DNA from: Marsupella aquatica
Lineage: Eukaryota; Plantae; Marchantiophyta
Assembly: GCA_973895155.1 (NCBI GenBank)
Contig: OZ316897.1
Location: 7,244,470-7,308,469 of the forward strand
Reading direction: 5' to 3'
Length of the DNA: 64,000 nucleotides
Part shown: piece after piece, positions 45,601 through 60,349 of the stretch
Layout of the letters: every line of letters begins with the position of its first letter
Numbering within the stretch: the stretch's first letter is position 1
Notes under the pieces: generated by a model
Told to the model about the DNA's origin: nothing
Seen by the model: only the letters and a program-made list of their open reading frames with translations
Databases searched by the model: none
Translations under genes and position numbers: made by a program

Positions 45601-48600
45601 CCTTGAGGCGTATTTTACGAGGATTCATGCTTCGTCGCACCAAAGCTGCCCTCGTGCAAACAAAAGCACTAGTTCTACCTCCATTGGTCGAAGTCACTTT
45701 GTAAGTTGTGGTTGATCGGTTTTACTTCACCATGTAGACGATGGAGTGTCTAATTTAGCTCTTACGCAGTAAACGATGGTATTCCGCTGTATTCTAGTGC
45801 CGATGGGCTCCAGTTCGATATACTCTAGGTTGGTTGACTCGAGCCATGACTGACAACTGTGGGTTGCCAATTCTCCTCTTGAAAACAGATATGTACCTTT
45901 GGTTTCTGTACAGAAGAAGGTTTACATCGCTGTACTGAGAAAAGAAATGCCAAGGATCGTTGGTGGAGATAATGGTTCCACATCCAAACAATCTCTACAA
46001 AATATTGTAAGTTGTTCACTACTTCCAGAAGTAGGAGTCTTTACCCGGTCCCAACTGTAGCTCTAATGTAATACCTTTGAATGTTCTTGCTGGAGATTGT
46101 TAGCTTATCTGGGTGGGGGTCTTGTGCAGGTCATACAACTGCGGAAGGCTTGCAGTCACCCCTATCTTTTTGATGGAGTGGAGCCAGAGCCGTTTCAAGA
46201 GGGTGAGCACCTTGTGCAGGTATTTTACTTTTACGTTTTCTCTCACAACTGACTTTGAGCTCATTTGCTTCCGATTCTGTATTTCGCAATCTTGGGTATA
46301 TTTTGTATACTGCTAAGATGCATACAAAATTAGAACGGGAATAGTGAACCTTTTCTCCAAGATCTTGACGTTGCTCCTGCTTTCCAGGCCAGTGGTAAAC
46401 TAGTTATTCTGGATATGTTGCTCCTGCGATTGCATAGCAGAGGACATCACGTGCTACTTTTTGCTCAAATGACTCGTACTCTAGATATTATTCAGGTGAG
46501 TTTGCAGTTCATTTTCTAAGGTCAAAGCTAAATACAAGGGTATCAAGCCAGCAACTGTTTAAAGCTTCTTCAGGACGTCACACAGTCTGGTGCAGACTGA
46601 AGTACATGTCGATCAAACAGACGACTGTTCAAGGCAGCTGTCACTGTGCTGAGACTTTATCAGCAATGTAGGAGTGAGGAGTCTTTTCTCATGACTCATT
46701 TAAAGCGCTGATGGCATAATCCTCCACATAGGACTACCTTCATTTTCGAGGATACAGCTATGAGCGTCTTGATGGGTCTGTACGTGCTGAGGAGCGTTTC
46801 GCTGCTGTAGACAACTTCAGTAGAGGAAGGGAGGGAGACTCTAAAGGCGGTGCGTTTATATTTCTGCTAACAACTCGAGCTGGAGGAGTTGGTCTGAACC
46901 TGATAGCTGCTGATACCGTAAGTTTTTATCTCTTTTAATTTTATTATGACCAGCACACAACCTAGTGAAGATAGGTTTGAGGGTGTGGGACATCTCTTAC
47001 TTGAATGTAGATCTAGAATCTGACATCATGTCCGAACTTGTTTTCTTTGGTTCGAAGTAGGAACAAACATACACAGAACCTTAAATAGCAGCCTAGTGCA
47101 GAATGAGGGTTTCAACTATCACCAAGTCCATGAAAGTGCTAGGCCTGAATCATCAGCCGAAGTTCTTGATCTAGCTACGAAGTGAAATAGTAGTTCTGTT
47201 ATAGAAAACCTCATGAAGGTACCCTGCAGTACACGACTAGTCAACCTATAACTCGTTTCACGTTTTTCAAGAATGAGCTGTGGCCTGGCCTTTGTTCGTT
47301 CTCTAGTAATTGCGTTCATATCCGGTACCTTCATGTTCTTAGGCATGATACCTGTGGTGCGTGCATGGATGACGTTTCCAGGTTATCTTTTATGAACAAG
47401 ATTGGAATCCACAGGCTGATAAACAAGCATTACAGCGAGCTCATCGCATTGGTCAGATCCGATCAGTTCTAGCAATCAACCTCGTCACGGAAAGTACCAT
47501 TGAAGAGGTATCAAGTGTTAGTCCTGGTGTCATGTTATTTCTTAATAAATCACTCGTTTCTATAGTTTACATCTGCCGCTAGCATCACTTATTTTAAATT
47601 CTTGCTTGTTTACTCGGGAGTATGTTTGATCATTTACAGGTCATTATGCAGCGAGCTAAGGCAAAGCTGCAGCTCACACAGAAAGTTGTAGGTGAAGTTC
47701 ATGTAGACGTAGACGAGCAGGGCCTTGCTGGTGTCGAGAAATCTGATTTGCAATCCATGGTTGTTTTTGGCCTTCACAAGATTGTTAGTGGCCCTGATGG
47801 ACCAGAACAAAAGACAGGCAAGATTGTGTCGGACGACAATGATACAGGGTCCAAAATTATTTCTATGGTCGAAAGTGCATTAGATCAGCGATCTAAGCTT
47901 AGTCCTCCAGACTCTAAGGATGGCGATAACACAGGTGCCAGGATTACTCGATTGAGAACACCGCGTCTAGATCCTGCTCACGAAGGAGCCAACTATTTGA
48001 ATCAACTTTTGAGAGAGGAAGATAATAATGAGAACCTGGACTTGATAGCTTTGAAGTCGCTTAGAAACTGTGTGGAGAAAGGTTCCAGTGATGCTAACGT
48101 GGAGATCAATAGTAGAAGAGGAAGGGGACAGGCTGGGCCAGTGGATTCCATGGAGGCAGTGGCTAGGAAGAAGCAGAAGAAGGAAGAGAGGAAGCAGTCG
48201 TTGTGGAAGTCTCTTGGATACAATTCATTATCAGTCAATGAGCCTGACATTGTTGTCAACAATGATGATGAAATGATGATGACAGAGGACGTAGAATATA
48301 TTCACCACATAGTTGGTGATTGCACAAAACCCAGTCTCGCAAGGGGTCAAACAGGAATTGTCTTCTGGTGAGTTGTTTTATCGTTCTGCATCATATTGTT
48401 GGGACCACAGTATGTTCATCAGCTTTAATTATATTGAGGAGTTAATCTCTCAGTCTTTGGATGTTAGCTAGATTAGACAGATTAGAAAAATGGCTTGTAC
48501 GAAAAGACGACGTACTCACACGTCCTCTAGTATCTTCGGTCTTGAAGAGATTATCACCAGAACTCAAATTCTCGAACTTTCGTTTAGGCCATGTTTTTCC

Positions 48601-49778
48601 GGTATACGTGGTGGTCATGACGTTGCCAAGTTTTTTTCCTAGGTGCGTGGACACTTCAGGAACATGGGGAAATGGGGGAGTCTTCACGTCATTGGGACTT
48701 ATTTCAGAAAAGATCCCTGAAGTTTACGAGTCTGCTTACGAGGCTTCAGACCTCTGCCTTGGTGATCTCCATCTCATTCCTGTGCGTGGTATGTAAACTG
48801 TCTATGCTAGGTCCACTTGCTTACAAGAACTTCCAACTGTTCCCGTGTGTGGCTAGTTTGTGGCTTTAATCAGCTTAATTGACATGGACTAAACTGAAGA
48901 AAGAACCAGAGCACGGTAAAGCTTGATTTTGGTGTTGGTATAATTATGATGCCCTAGGTACTGAGAACTCTGCTACCAAAAGCTTTGAAGAAATCGACCA
49001 GAGTGGAAGTCATCTTTGGGTGGCACTAGCTGTGGTTCAAACATTTGATGTTCGGCGGAAGGTTGCCCGAAGTGATGTTTCTTTCCCTGATCTAGAATTG
49101 TGCATACACAAGCTGGCTGCTTCAGCTGCCAGACTCTCAGGTCTGGATATGTCATCCTTTGCGAGTGAATTTTCGTACTGCGCTTGTTCCATGTCATCGG
49201 TACCACCAGTGCTTCGTTTCGTCTCACATCCATATGACCGGGCACTTTACATGTCTAATATTTGTTCTCATTGGATTCGCAACTCGTTTTTTGTTGTTGC
49301 GACAACAGCTTCAGTACACATGCCCAGAATACAGGCTGGCTCAGGGTGGTATATGGTAGAGCGCTTTCTGCGCAAATATGCAACAATGTATCAGGCGCAT
49401 TTTTATGTGTAAGAAACGTCTTCTCCCATGGGTACTCCTGACATTAGAGCATACACTCCCTCATCTTGGATGTTGTTTGACTCATGAGGAGGGAATGGCA
49501 AGAAACCCGATACAAATGCTTGTCCAATAGTAACGTTTTGGTTCTTGGGGACATCGAACCCTTAATGAAGGTGGTGGGAAAGTTCGACTTCTGCTAATCC
49601 GTTAACGATTTCCTACGACCTTCGAGGATATCTTAAATGGAGATTGTTTTCCTTACTAATGGCTGGTCTTGCAGCTTTTTTCAACCTCCAGCTTTGTCTA
49701 TGCGTCCAGTTTCACAATTGCAGTATTACTGACTGCTTTCTCCCTTTTTGCAGATACTTCTTCAAGCGGAACAACTGA
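42632..49778 (+). CDS. CHR10: SNF2-family chromatin remodeller with C-terminal macrodomain (ALC1/CHD1L orthologue)
   Basis: ILGDEMGLGKT (via an 8-nt exon), [49 protein letters not shown]; macro motifs [24 protein letters not shown]; stop at 49776-49778. Confidence 0.93.
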
Positions 49779-52100
49779 GTAAACGCATCCAGAAGTTACA
49801 GTAGCGCACGAGATTCAATCGACGGAATGTATAGACAGCCAAGAAACACCTAACTTGCATAGAAAGCGTGAATAAGAGGTTCTCGTTGCATCTATCCCCT
49901 CTTCAACTCAATTGCTTGTAGTATCAGGGCTTGCGTTTATATGCATCTCAGAATCACTAAATCCCATGGTCACAATCAGTGATAAATTCAGGGAGTCGGT
50001 TATGGTTTGGAACCTACCCTGATTAGACGTGTAGATGTCAGACACTACAAAGACTACAGTCGGATCGTGGCTAAGAACTTACCAAACATGTTCGTATGTC
50101 GTGTGATAAACTTTCTCACTCGCTTCAACCTTAAATAGTAACATTAGTCGCGACGGGAATTATTGGACCTCTTCACCATCCAGCTTTACGGAAGTATTCA
50201 ACCGCGGAGCAAAAGTTGTGAAATCTCTTGTAACAATCAAATCAATGTGTTTTGTTTGTTCCATCTGTTCATATCGTTCCGAGTTCAAAATTCTGATACA
50301 TGCTTCTTGAGTCCACGAGGGATATACCGAAGGGATGAAAATTCAAGATGGTTATTACCCTGAATTGCTCTTCGCCTTAGCACATTCAACTTTCACGTCG
50401 GTCTGAACAAAATCGTCCTAAATACCCGTTGACTTTTACTGAATTATTATCAGTCATTAATGTAATCAAAATATGCCTGGGGTTTCATTCTTCTGTTCTT
50501 GATGGGACAGGAGCTCGACCTTACTTGCAAGGGACAGTTCAAGAATATTTACACTTCAAATCATCCCTCTCGCAGTGACACATCTGAAATTGGAACATAA
50601 CGGGACAAACAGAAATCGCAAGATTTAACCTTAGCTCCCCAGGCATATATATTTAACGAAATTTTTTTGACAGCCCCAGCCTATCCTCAATCCCTGCCCC
50701 TGACCTACTTGGCATTCTATGCAAAGGGTCTGAGATAATGTGTCTCTTCAGCATCTTACTAAATACCCGGATGGATAAATACTAACATGTCCACATGCTC
50801 AATTGGGTCCTTAGAGCAAGGGGTAGCACCTGACAAGCTGAGGATTCGTCCAGTAGATCAGACGTTCTGCTCGGTCGACAACTTCTGTCTATAAACGCTA
50901 GTCCGAGCCTCTGCATGTTTCTAGCCGGTTGCATCAAAGTCTACGGCTACTGATGTTGATCTTAATGAGCCGGCAGGCGCAATCCGAGTCAAGCGCAACA
51001 TGTATATGGTGGGCTGCTGTTGCTGCTGTAACTTATCGACGCCACCCGCGGCGACTGAGTTGAACAACAAAATGAACTACCATTCACTGAGTTAAACATA
51101 TGGGAGAGTCAGTTAAGTCACCACACTCTACAGTAGAACATCTGACTTGTTAGCAGTCTAGTAAACCAGCTGACTAGGCAGACTCTGCAAATTTGAGCAA
51201 GCATAAACGAGTGCAACGATTTTCTTGAGTTGTTGTAGATATAGCCAAGGACCAAGACCAAGTCTACATCTATTTCGTCGCATCTTGTCTTGCGCACAGA
51301 ACATCACATTTAATAGGTACGAGGATTCACGAAATTCTTGATTGATGGTGTCCGGATCTGATCTTTCAAGAAGGTTTGTTGGGTCAGGGACTTCAGAACT
51401 ACATCTGCAAGTAAAGACTCGGTCCCAATTGTTGGTTACAGCTTCAAGCTCGATTGCTCCGTGGTACAATGCGGTTTACCCCGACCAAGCATGACTGTTT
51501 TGGAGAGGACTTCATTGAAGAGCACACCAACAGGTAGATCAAGATCCAGATAACTCCAAATCACTCACAGGCATCGAGATACGGATACATTCTTCCATTT
51601 TGCATATAAGCACACTTAAAGAGGAAATGAACGATCGTTAGTAAACAAGATAAACGAATTGGTCATAAGACAATTCATTGTCAGAGGGTAGGGACGTAGA
51701 CACAAGACAAGAAAAGACAAGACAAGTCAAGAAAGACAATTATCATACTAACAGCGTTTTGCATTCATTGGAGTTACATGAAATGATCATGGTTCTCCAG
51801 AACAGAACACGCTGACTTCTCTTAGGGCTTGGACGGATTCTCAGTTCCAGAAGCTCAGGCGATATTTGAGAAGTCCAAGCAGTAGCACCAAAGATGGAGC
51901 TTTGAAGGCTTGATGTGATACAAATCAGCAGACATGGGCAATTCTTGCAATGACAGGCAACCAAAGTTTATCCGCCATATTGGGCGCATTGAGAGTTTTG
52001 AAAGAGAATTAGTTCATGGCGACCACTCCCGATGCATGAAGCGGATTGCAAAGTCAGGAGAAATCTCAGAGACATCCCCCCTGCATTGTTGAATAACATA

Positions 52101-55100
52101 ACAAGGAGCCAAAAAGGATGGGTAATAAGCCCAAACTAAAAGAACTTTTGCTCCAAAAGCGCAAAAAGCTAAAAAATGCCCAAAATTGAACCAAAAACTA
52201 TCCCTTTCTTTGCAAAATCTTCATGGATGAAAAAAATGCCCAAAATATGTTCTCATTTTGAGCCATTCAAAACATAAAATGGACCATAATAAATTTTTAA
52301 TCTTTGTATGATCTATTTTCAATCTTTACAATTTACACTTGCACATGTTCAAGAGATCATTTGCGGGATCATTTGTCTAGTTTATCCTTAAAATACCATC
52401 TTAAAATTGATTGGAATCAGAAATATCTAAAACACTTTCAAATATATACTGGAAATTTCAAATGAGTCGTGTAATGAATTGTTTATCTTTAACCAATCTC
52501 ACACAAACCAATTACATTATTATTATTTACTTCATGATCGAATACACAAGCTTCATGAATACACTAAGCTTAGGTTTTTACAAGGCGAAGGGCAAAGTTG
52601 GGCAACAACAATCCATGTTGGAAGATGAATGAGCTCAGGAGTGAGCTATGATAGGCACATTGTAATGGGCGAGTTGTGACCAGCTGTGATGGACAAAATG
52701 ACAACATGTAACCCGTAAAGGATACGAGACCATGGGAAATTAGCGATTAAACATAGGTTGCCAAGGGAAATTGAGTGTTGATTTGTGATGGGTGAAGGCT
52801 TCTGATCTCTGATGATGTTACTGACTTTGTTCATAAAGAGGATATTATTCAGGGACATAGATCTCATGCGCCAACAAACTCACTTCCTTCTATTCCATTT
52901 GGGAGTATGGGGGCTTCCTATATAGTACATGGCATGGTGGTTATGTAACCACCTCTTGTCCCTATTCACTAGGGTAAGTCTAGTTTACCGGGGTTAGGTT
53001 TATCACTTATAACACTCCCCCTTGGTTGGGTGATAAGTGTGTTACAGCCAACCATAGGATGGGGAAAGCTAACCCTATGGTGTTGGTTTTATGGTCTGGC
53101 CCAATGTAGTATGGTCTCATTAAAACCATGCTTCCATCATGGAAAGAGTGCCACTACTATAACATAAGTTTGGGTCCAGTTATTGAATGTAAGTCCTTAT
53201 GGTATTCAAAAAGGGTGCATCAGAAAAATCAAAAGGTGTAATCTCTATGTATATGTCCGTTAATGTGTCTAAGGACTCGTGGTCTGTGTTTATGTTTAAG
53301 GAGCTGTTTACGCTCCTACCCTAATCCTGCGGGCCACAGGTTGAACGCCTCCGGTCGTCGGTCTGTTGCTTTGGTGGGCTGCTGACATCGTTTGAATCTT
53401 CGTTCGTTCGGTGGTAGGTGCGGCCGTGTCGGGAGGTCGTTGTTTGTGTGTTGGGATTGAGCGAATCTCATCGGTTCTGCCTCGGGGGTCTCACTATATG
53501 GATGCCTCCCCATCCCCTGCAACGTTTTTAGGCCTCGGACCCCCTAAAATGTAAGAAAAAAATATTATTTTTCAACCCCTATAAAGTTGGAATATTCCAA
53601 AATTTGGTTAGAAAGACCCTAATGTTCTTATAAGTCTCAAAATTGAATTTAAAAGACCCTATTGTTCTTCTACAAAAATTCTTAAGTCTTCCCTTCAAAC
53701 CAATAAAACGACCCTATCCTTCGTCGCACGTGATGTGCCATTTTTGTGGAAGTGAAACCCCCGAGGGTTCTGCATGATTCTCAATGGTTTGGGGTGGCAG
53801 ATTGGGGTAGCATATGATGTTGGAGCTCTCGTCGTATCAGTTTGATCGGCAATAATGGGTGTGCAGTTTGGGTAAGTTCCTCAATGGCATTCGTCATTCT
53901 TTTCCTTGTAAAAGTGATGCCATACTTCGCAGTCCTATTCCGTAAGCATGTTCGCGGTGTAGCGCTGGTGGGAGTGGTTTAGTGAACAAGTCCGCGCGGT
54001 TGTCTTTACTTGGAATCCATTGTACTTGGACCTGTTTGCCATGCTGTTCGTGAGTGAAAAAGAATTTGGGTGCTATGTGTTTGATTCTATCCCCTTTGAT
54101 GTATCCCTGGACTATCTGCTCCACGCAGGGTCGGTTGTCTTCGTATATAGTTGTTGGTTTCTTTAGCTGCGCTCTGCCTGTGTGCAGGTGTATGTGGTTT
54201 ATCAAGTTTCTCAGCCAGATGCTTTCCCTGGTGGCTTCGTAAAGTGCTATTATCTCGGCGTGATTTGAGGAGGTCGTTGTGAGTGATTGTTGGCTGCTTT
54301 TCCAAGAGATCGTCGTGCCACCTTGTAGGAAGACGTATCCCGTTTGGGATTTTGCATTGTCTGGGTCTGAGAGGTAGCCCGCATCCGCATAGCTGGTCAG
54401 TATGTTTTCTGAGTTCTTGGGGAAGAATAGCCCCATGTCCGTTGTGCCATGCAGGTATCAGAATACCCTCTTTTTTCTTTTTTCTTTTTTTTCGGAATAC
54501 CCTTTTTACTCCATTCCAATGTCGGATTGTGGGGTTGGAGCTATGGCAAGCAAGTAGATTGACGGCAAAAGCAATGTCGGGGCGTGACTGTGTTGCCAGG
54601 TACATCAGGGCCCCGATGGCTGAGAGATATGGCTTCTCGGGGCCAAGAACCTCCTCAGTCTCTGCCCATTTTTTAAAGGTGTCCCTTGTGGGGTCTGAGG
54701 ATCTCAGGTCCATGGGGGTGCTGACCGGGTGGGCGGATGCCATGTTGAATTTCCGTTGCGCCTTTTCAGTATAAGTTGATTGGTTGATCAGGATTCCCTG
54801 CTGCAAGTAGTTGAATTGTAATCCCAGGCAATAGCTAGGCTTTTCGATGTCCCTCATCTTGAATGTCTTCTTCAGGAATTTGATTGTCTTGTGCATTATC
54901 GTTGTTGTGCCAAAGATGTTTATGTCATCTACATAAATTGCGATGATAACGAATTCATCTGCCTCCTGTTTGAGAAACAAACAAGGGGCAATGTCGTCAG
55001 TATTGAAGTTCAGTGCGAGCATTTCAGCTTTGGATCGTTTGTACCAGGTTTGTCCGCTCTGTTTTAATCCGTACATTGAGCGTAGGACTTGGACTGCGAG

Positions 55101-58100
55101 TTCTCTTTTGATTTGTTTTGTCTGTGTAGCAGGGGTGTTTGGTAGGAGGAGCATTCATTTCCTGAGGTCAGATGTGTGAAGCACATCCTTTGGTGTTGGT
55201 ACTGCAGGTCCGACCTCGCTCGTCATTGTGTCCAAATCGCCTGTAGGGCCGGTTTGGGTTAGACCCGGTTGTAGACCGCGGTCTGTGGTACCATTCTTCT
55301 CCCCCTCAATGTGGAACCTTATTCTTTTGATCAGTTTTGGGGGTGCCTTCATGTATATTGTGGTATCTAGGATACCATACAGATAGGCTGTGATCACATC
55401 TAGCGTGTACATGACGAGCTTGTGCAGGAGAGTAAATGCAATGAGGTACAAGTATGTTATGGAATCCATCACCGGGGAGTATGTTTGGTCGAAGTCCCGG
55501 CCGGGGATTTGGGTGTAGCCCTTCGCTACCAAGCGAGCTTTGTATCTGATTACCTCTCCTTGTGCATTTTGTTTCCTCAAGAAAGTGAACTTATATCCTG
55601 TAAGGTGTGTCCCTGCAAGTGCAGGAATTACGGGTCCGAACACGTTTCGTTTTATCAAGGAGTCTAATTCAGAGTTTATGGCCAGCTCCCATTGATGCCA
55701 GTCTGGTCGAGATTGAGCCTCTGCTACTGTAATGGGGTTAGGGGTGTCGTTGGTTATCTCCTCAGAGATATGGAATGCAAAGTGGTCATTGATTTGTGTT
55801 TTATTTTGCTGCATCATCTGTCCGGTGTGTATGTAGCTGATTATTATTTCCTCGTTTGCTGTATCCCTTGGAGGGGGTGATCTTCATGCAGGGGTGGCCG
55901 TGGTTGCTGGTGATGCGCTACGTGGTGGTCACGGGTACGTATCCTTAGAGCCCAGGGGTCGGCCCCATTTTGCCTTTGGTGCGGCTGCTGTTGCCTGTGC
56001 AGCTGTCCGTGAAATTCTTGCGGGTATATTTGCTGCCTCCGTGTGTGACCGTGTGATTGCAGCTGCATTGTTGAAAGAGTCAGGTAAGTTCGTGAGCATC
56101 TGCTGTAAATGGAGGACCCTTTGTACTCCTTGGTCTGCTTCTCTGGTCTGGTGGTCATCAGTGATTGGTTTCGTGGGCAGCCATTGTAGTTCTTGTGCTT
56201 TGACATGTCCGCCTCTAGCAGTGTCTTCGGCGAGAGTTGGGAATTTGTCTTTGAAGAATTGGCAGTCTTGGAACCTTTCTTTAAATATGTCTGTTGTCGC
56301 AGGTTCCAAGTACCTGATGATAGAACGTGAGTCTAGTCCCACTAGATGCCTCGTTGTCGCTTGGGTCCCATTTTGGTCCGTTTGGGGCCTAGTATTGGGA
56401 CCAGGATCAGGCATCCGAATGTTCGGAGATGGGTGATGTCCGGTGGCATTCCGTATGCCAAGAAGTGAGGGGTCTGGGTATTGAAGGAGGATGGCCTTAT
56501 TCTTAGGAGGGCGGCCGCGTGCAGGACCGCATGGCTCCATGCTGAGGCTGGTAAGTTGGATTGCATTAGCAGTGGCCTGGCCACCATTTGTATGCAATTT
56601 ATCACTGATTCGGCGATAACATTCTGGAAGTGGACATGTGGGATCGGGTATTCGGTGTCTATCCCTGCAGTCTCACAGAAGTCATCAAATTTTTTTGAGG
56701 TAAACTCCCCTGCATTGTCGACTTTGATGGTTTTGATTGGATTCTCTGGGAATTGGTGTTTAAGTTTCAGTATGTGAGATAAGATTCTGGTGAAGACTAG
56801 GTTCCGTGTGGAGAGCAAGGAGACCTGTGACCATTTGGTGGAGGCGTCTATAATGACCATGAAGTATCGGAATGGGCTGGAGGGTGGTTCGATTGGTCCG
56901 CAGACATCTGCTTGTATCCTCTCTAAAAATTGTGGGATCTTATGTATGGTTTTTGATGGTGCAGGCCGAGTCACCATCTTTCCCTGTGAACAAGCGATGC
57001 AGGGTCTGTTCGAGGCTGAGGGGTGAGCTCCGTGGGGTATCCCCACCGTGGTCTTCAGAATGTTGTGGTACATATTGGTGCCGGGGTGACCCAGGCGATT
57101 ATGCCAGATTTGAGTTAAATTGAGAGTGGGTCGCTCTGTGTGGTAAGAGTGGATCCGGGTGATGTATAAGCCAGGAGGGTAAATTGGTAAGATCTCTTGA
57201 ACTCCTCCCCCTGGTTTGGTGTTGTCTAGTATCTGCAGAACTACCCTGTTGTTGTGGGTGTCGGTGTGGATGTACGTGTAGCTTATTTGCGCGGATATCA
57301 TTGAAGCTGATTAGGTTCCTTGTGGCCCTTGGTGCGTAAATTGTTGAGTCGATGTAGATTGTAGTCCCTTTGGGGAATCTGACTCTAGTCGGGCCATAGC
57401 CCTCCTCTATGTGGTTAGGTCCTGTTATGGTTGTCATGGATCTGTTGGATGGTGTGATTCGGAGAAAATAATGTCTGTCTCATAGTATTGAGTGAGATGT
57501 TCCCAATGCAGTTACTGTGGTCATTTGGTGGTGTTGAGGTGGAGCCTAGTTGGGCGGTATGGACCTCGGGTACTGTTGGGTCTAATCTGTAGCCCTCAAT
57601 GTCGTCTAGGGCCTCCATGTAGTTGCCCTGTGCTCCGTTGGTGGGTTATTCCGGGCTCTACTTGTAGAGTGTGACCAGGTGTGCAGGTGCCCGATAGTCT
57701 CTTCGTAGATGTCCCTTTGTTCCCCACCTGAAACATTCAGTGGGGTTATTATTTTCTCGGTTCCAATTGTAATATCCCTTGGCGCGGCGTCCCCCTTGGC
57801 CTCTTCCTCTGTATCCACGTCCTCTGTTAAAATTTCCAAATGTTTGGCCTCTTCTCCCCCTGAAGTTTCCATTTCCTCTCCCTCTGGGCCTGTCATTCGG
57901 GCAGTTAAAGTTGGCTTCTGGTCTTGGTGGGGATGCAGCGGCCCCTGGTGGGCGAGATTTGGCATTCTCCAGGAGGAGTAATTGGTGTTTTTTGGCAAGA
58001 AGCATATATGCGATCAGTTCGGAATATTTAGTGAAACCCATATTTCTGTACTATGATGCCAAGAGTAAGTTTCCTGCGTTGAACGTTGAAAAGGTGTGCT

Positions 58101-59396
58101 CTATTATTTCATCGTCGTTGATGGGGTGGCCGCAGACTGCCAATTGTGAGGTGATCCGGAATAGTTTGCCATTGTAGCTCGCAATTGAGGTGTGGTCTTG
58201 GACTCTAAGGTTGATCCAATTGTGGTGAGCCGCTAGCAGGGAGACGAGCCGCATGTGGTCCAACCGTAATCTCAGATCTTCCCAGAGTATTCTTGGATTA
58301 TATTGGTTGAGATACTGGGTCTTGAGTGGCTCGGCCAAGTGATGTCGGATGAAGATTAGCGCTCTTGCCTTCTGTTGTAGTGTGAGGCCTGCAACGATTA
58401 GGATTGCGTCCTGCAAATCTTTGGATGCAAGATAGGCCTCAATGTCAAGTGACCATGTTAAATAATTTGCACCGTCTATGGCTAATGCCTTAAATTGTAA
58501 TTTCTCAATCATAGTCATTGTTCAATCGAAGTCTTGTATCTTCGGTAATCAGAAGTATCTCAATAAATGGAAATTGCTTAAGTTTTCCTCGGTGTATCTT
58601 GTTTGAAATTGTGCAATCTTGGGGGATGGGATGGGGACTTCCCTGATATTGGTCCGTGTGCGGCCGTTCTTGATGGTCCATTTGCCTTGTATCGACCTTC
58701 CTTGTGCCTGCTCCGATATTTCACGGGCCGTCCTCTCCAGATGTTGGGTAATTTTGTGGAGAGGGTCGCATTCAGGGAGGAGAGATCGATGTAAGGGCAA
58801 AGCTTTTATTGGAATCCTTGAAAAAGAAACTGAATTCTTTAGGCGTTTTTGTCTTCCGTGGGCTGGTGTGGAGATTTTCCGTTTTGTCAAACAAAGTTTT
58901 GCTCGAGCTGATGTGGAAGGAAAATTTTTTCGCTCAGATCAAGAGTCGTGCTGATAACATATTTAGGGACATAGATCTCATGCGCCAACGAACTCACTTC
59001 CTTCTATTCCATTTGGGAGTATGGGGGCTCCCTATATAGTACATGGCGTGATGGTTATGTAACCACCTCTTGTCCCTATTCACTAGGGTAAGTCTAGTTT
59101 ATCGGGGTTAGGTTTATCACTTATAACAGATATTTTCTTATAACATTTAATTTGTTGGTGATCTTTGAGCCCAAACTCCAATGGTGAGACTTATATTGAG
59201 GAGTTAAATTTGGAAATATTAATTATGAAAAAACTTGTGTCTGAAGCATTGTGTTAATTTATGGTGTGAAAATCCAAGGTCAGGAAATATTGAATATATG
59301 ATGATTTTTTGTGTTGTGTTTTATGACATTTTGGAAAATCAGAAAATTTTGAAAAAGAGAATTAAGGCCTTGGACCCATCCTTTAAGGCTTCTTGT
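52101..59396. mobile_element. ~1-kb non-autonomous TIR element (TA-flanked) split by a Copia insertion
   Basis: TAACAAGGAGCCAAAAAGGATGGGT (52099) versus the reverse complement of 59374-59398, TAACAAGAAGCCTTAAAGGATGGGT: 22/25 match. Confidence 0.65.
52846..59128 (-). mobile_element. Complete Bianca-like Ty1/Copia LTR retrotransposon (169-bp LTRs, TG...TA ends), decayed
   Basis: LTRs 52846-53014 and 58960-59128 (6 transitions); TSD GATAT; PBS TGTTATCAGCACGA; PPT AAGGGGGAG; gag from 58518, integrase, RT YVDD, RNase H. Confidence 0.97.
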
Positions 59397-60349
59397 TACA
59401 TCCGGAACTCATGATTGTGCAGCAACAGACTCTCCGTCACATAGTGGAGGACGACCTGGGTCAAAATTCACGTCTATTGTGCTCACAAAGTATAATTCAC
59501 GTCTAATGTGCACAAAAGCAGAGTATATCACATCAACAAGTTCAGATGGACCACTTCTTATGTAGTGTCTTTGTATATGGTGTTGACAACTTGATGGAAG
59601 CAAGTGAAAGACATGGAACAGACAAAGATAGAGAGACGGACAACATTCTGTCTTAGTAAGAACAAAGGCGAACAATGTGGCTGGGAGTAACTTTTGGGTG
59701 GCTGGGAGTAAGCTTTTATGGGTTGTAAATTTTCCAGGGGCACTCTCACCTTGCAAAGCACGAGCACCTAAACTCTTTCTTATAAATTTTTGAGTGTAGC
59801 ATAAATTCCTGCCGTAAGCTTCAGCTCACTACGTATTCCTCATGAGTTGAGCCTCCTTACTAGTAAATGTTTTATCTATCTTGACCAGGCTCCGTCTAAA
59901 TAGCAAAACAAAGGGATACCTGCACAATTTATGCAATCATTAAACCACACCTGCCACTATAAAAGCCTCATTCCATGTCTCACTACTCACCATAAAAGGT
60001 GGAACACTAGCACCTTTTGTGGAGTACTTGCCAAAAAAAGGTTTTGCAGTCAGCACCTTTTGTGTAACTCAAAGTCCATTTCTGAACTTGTACTCTTTAG
60101 AATGAGAGCTCTGGGTTACCTGTAGCCCTTTATAGGGGCAGGTGTGATTTAAACCCAAAAAAGAACAATGAAGACAAGAGGGAGGCAAACTTAATTTCAC
60201 TTTGAACAAACCCAGATCAACAAATCAAACTTGAATTAAGTAAGTTACTTATTCAGCTTTAAACTTCAAGCTTATCAAGGTTCAACAAGAAAATAACTGC
60301 TTGTGTTAGTGGAATGGATTCTTCCAATCAACACATAATTGGGGTACAC

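Noticed and set aside
50000-52000. Short ORFs downstream of CHR10
   Set aside because: No recognisable domain or consistent splice structure.
53520-53780. CCCCT-rich AT block in the Copia 3' UTR, possibly a MITE arm
   Set aside because: No partner inverted repeat or TSD found.
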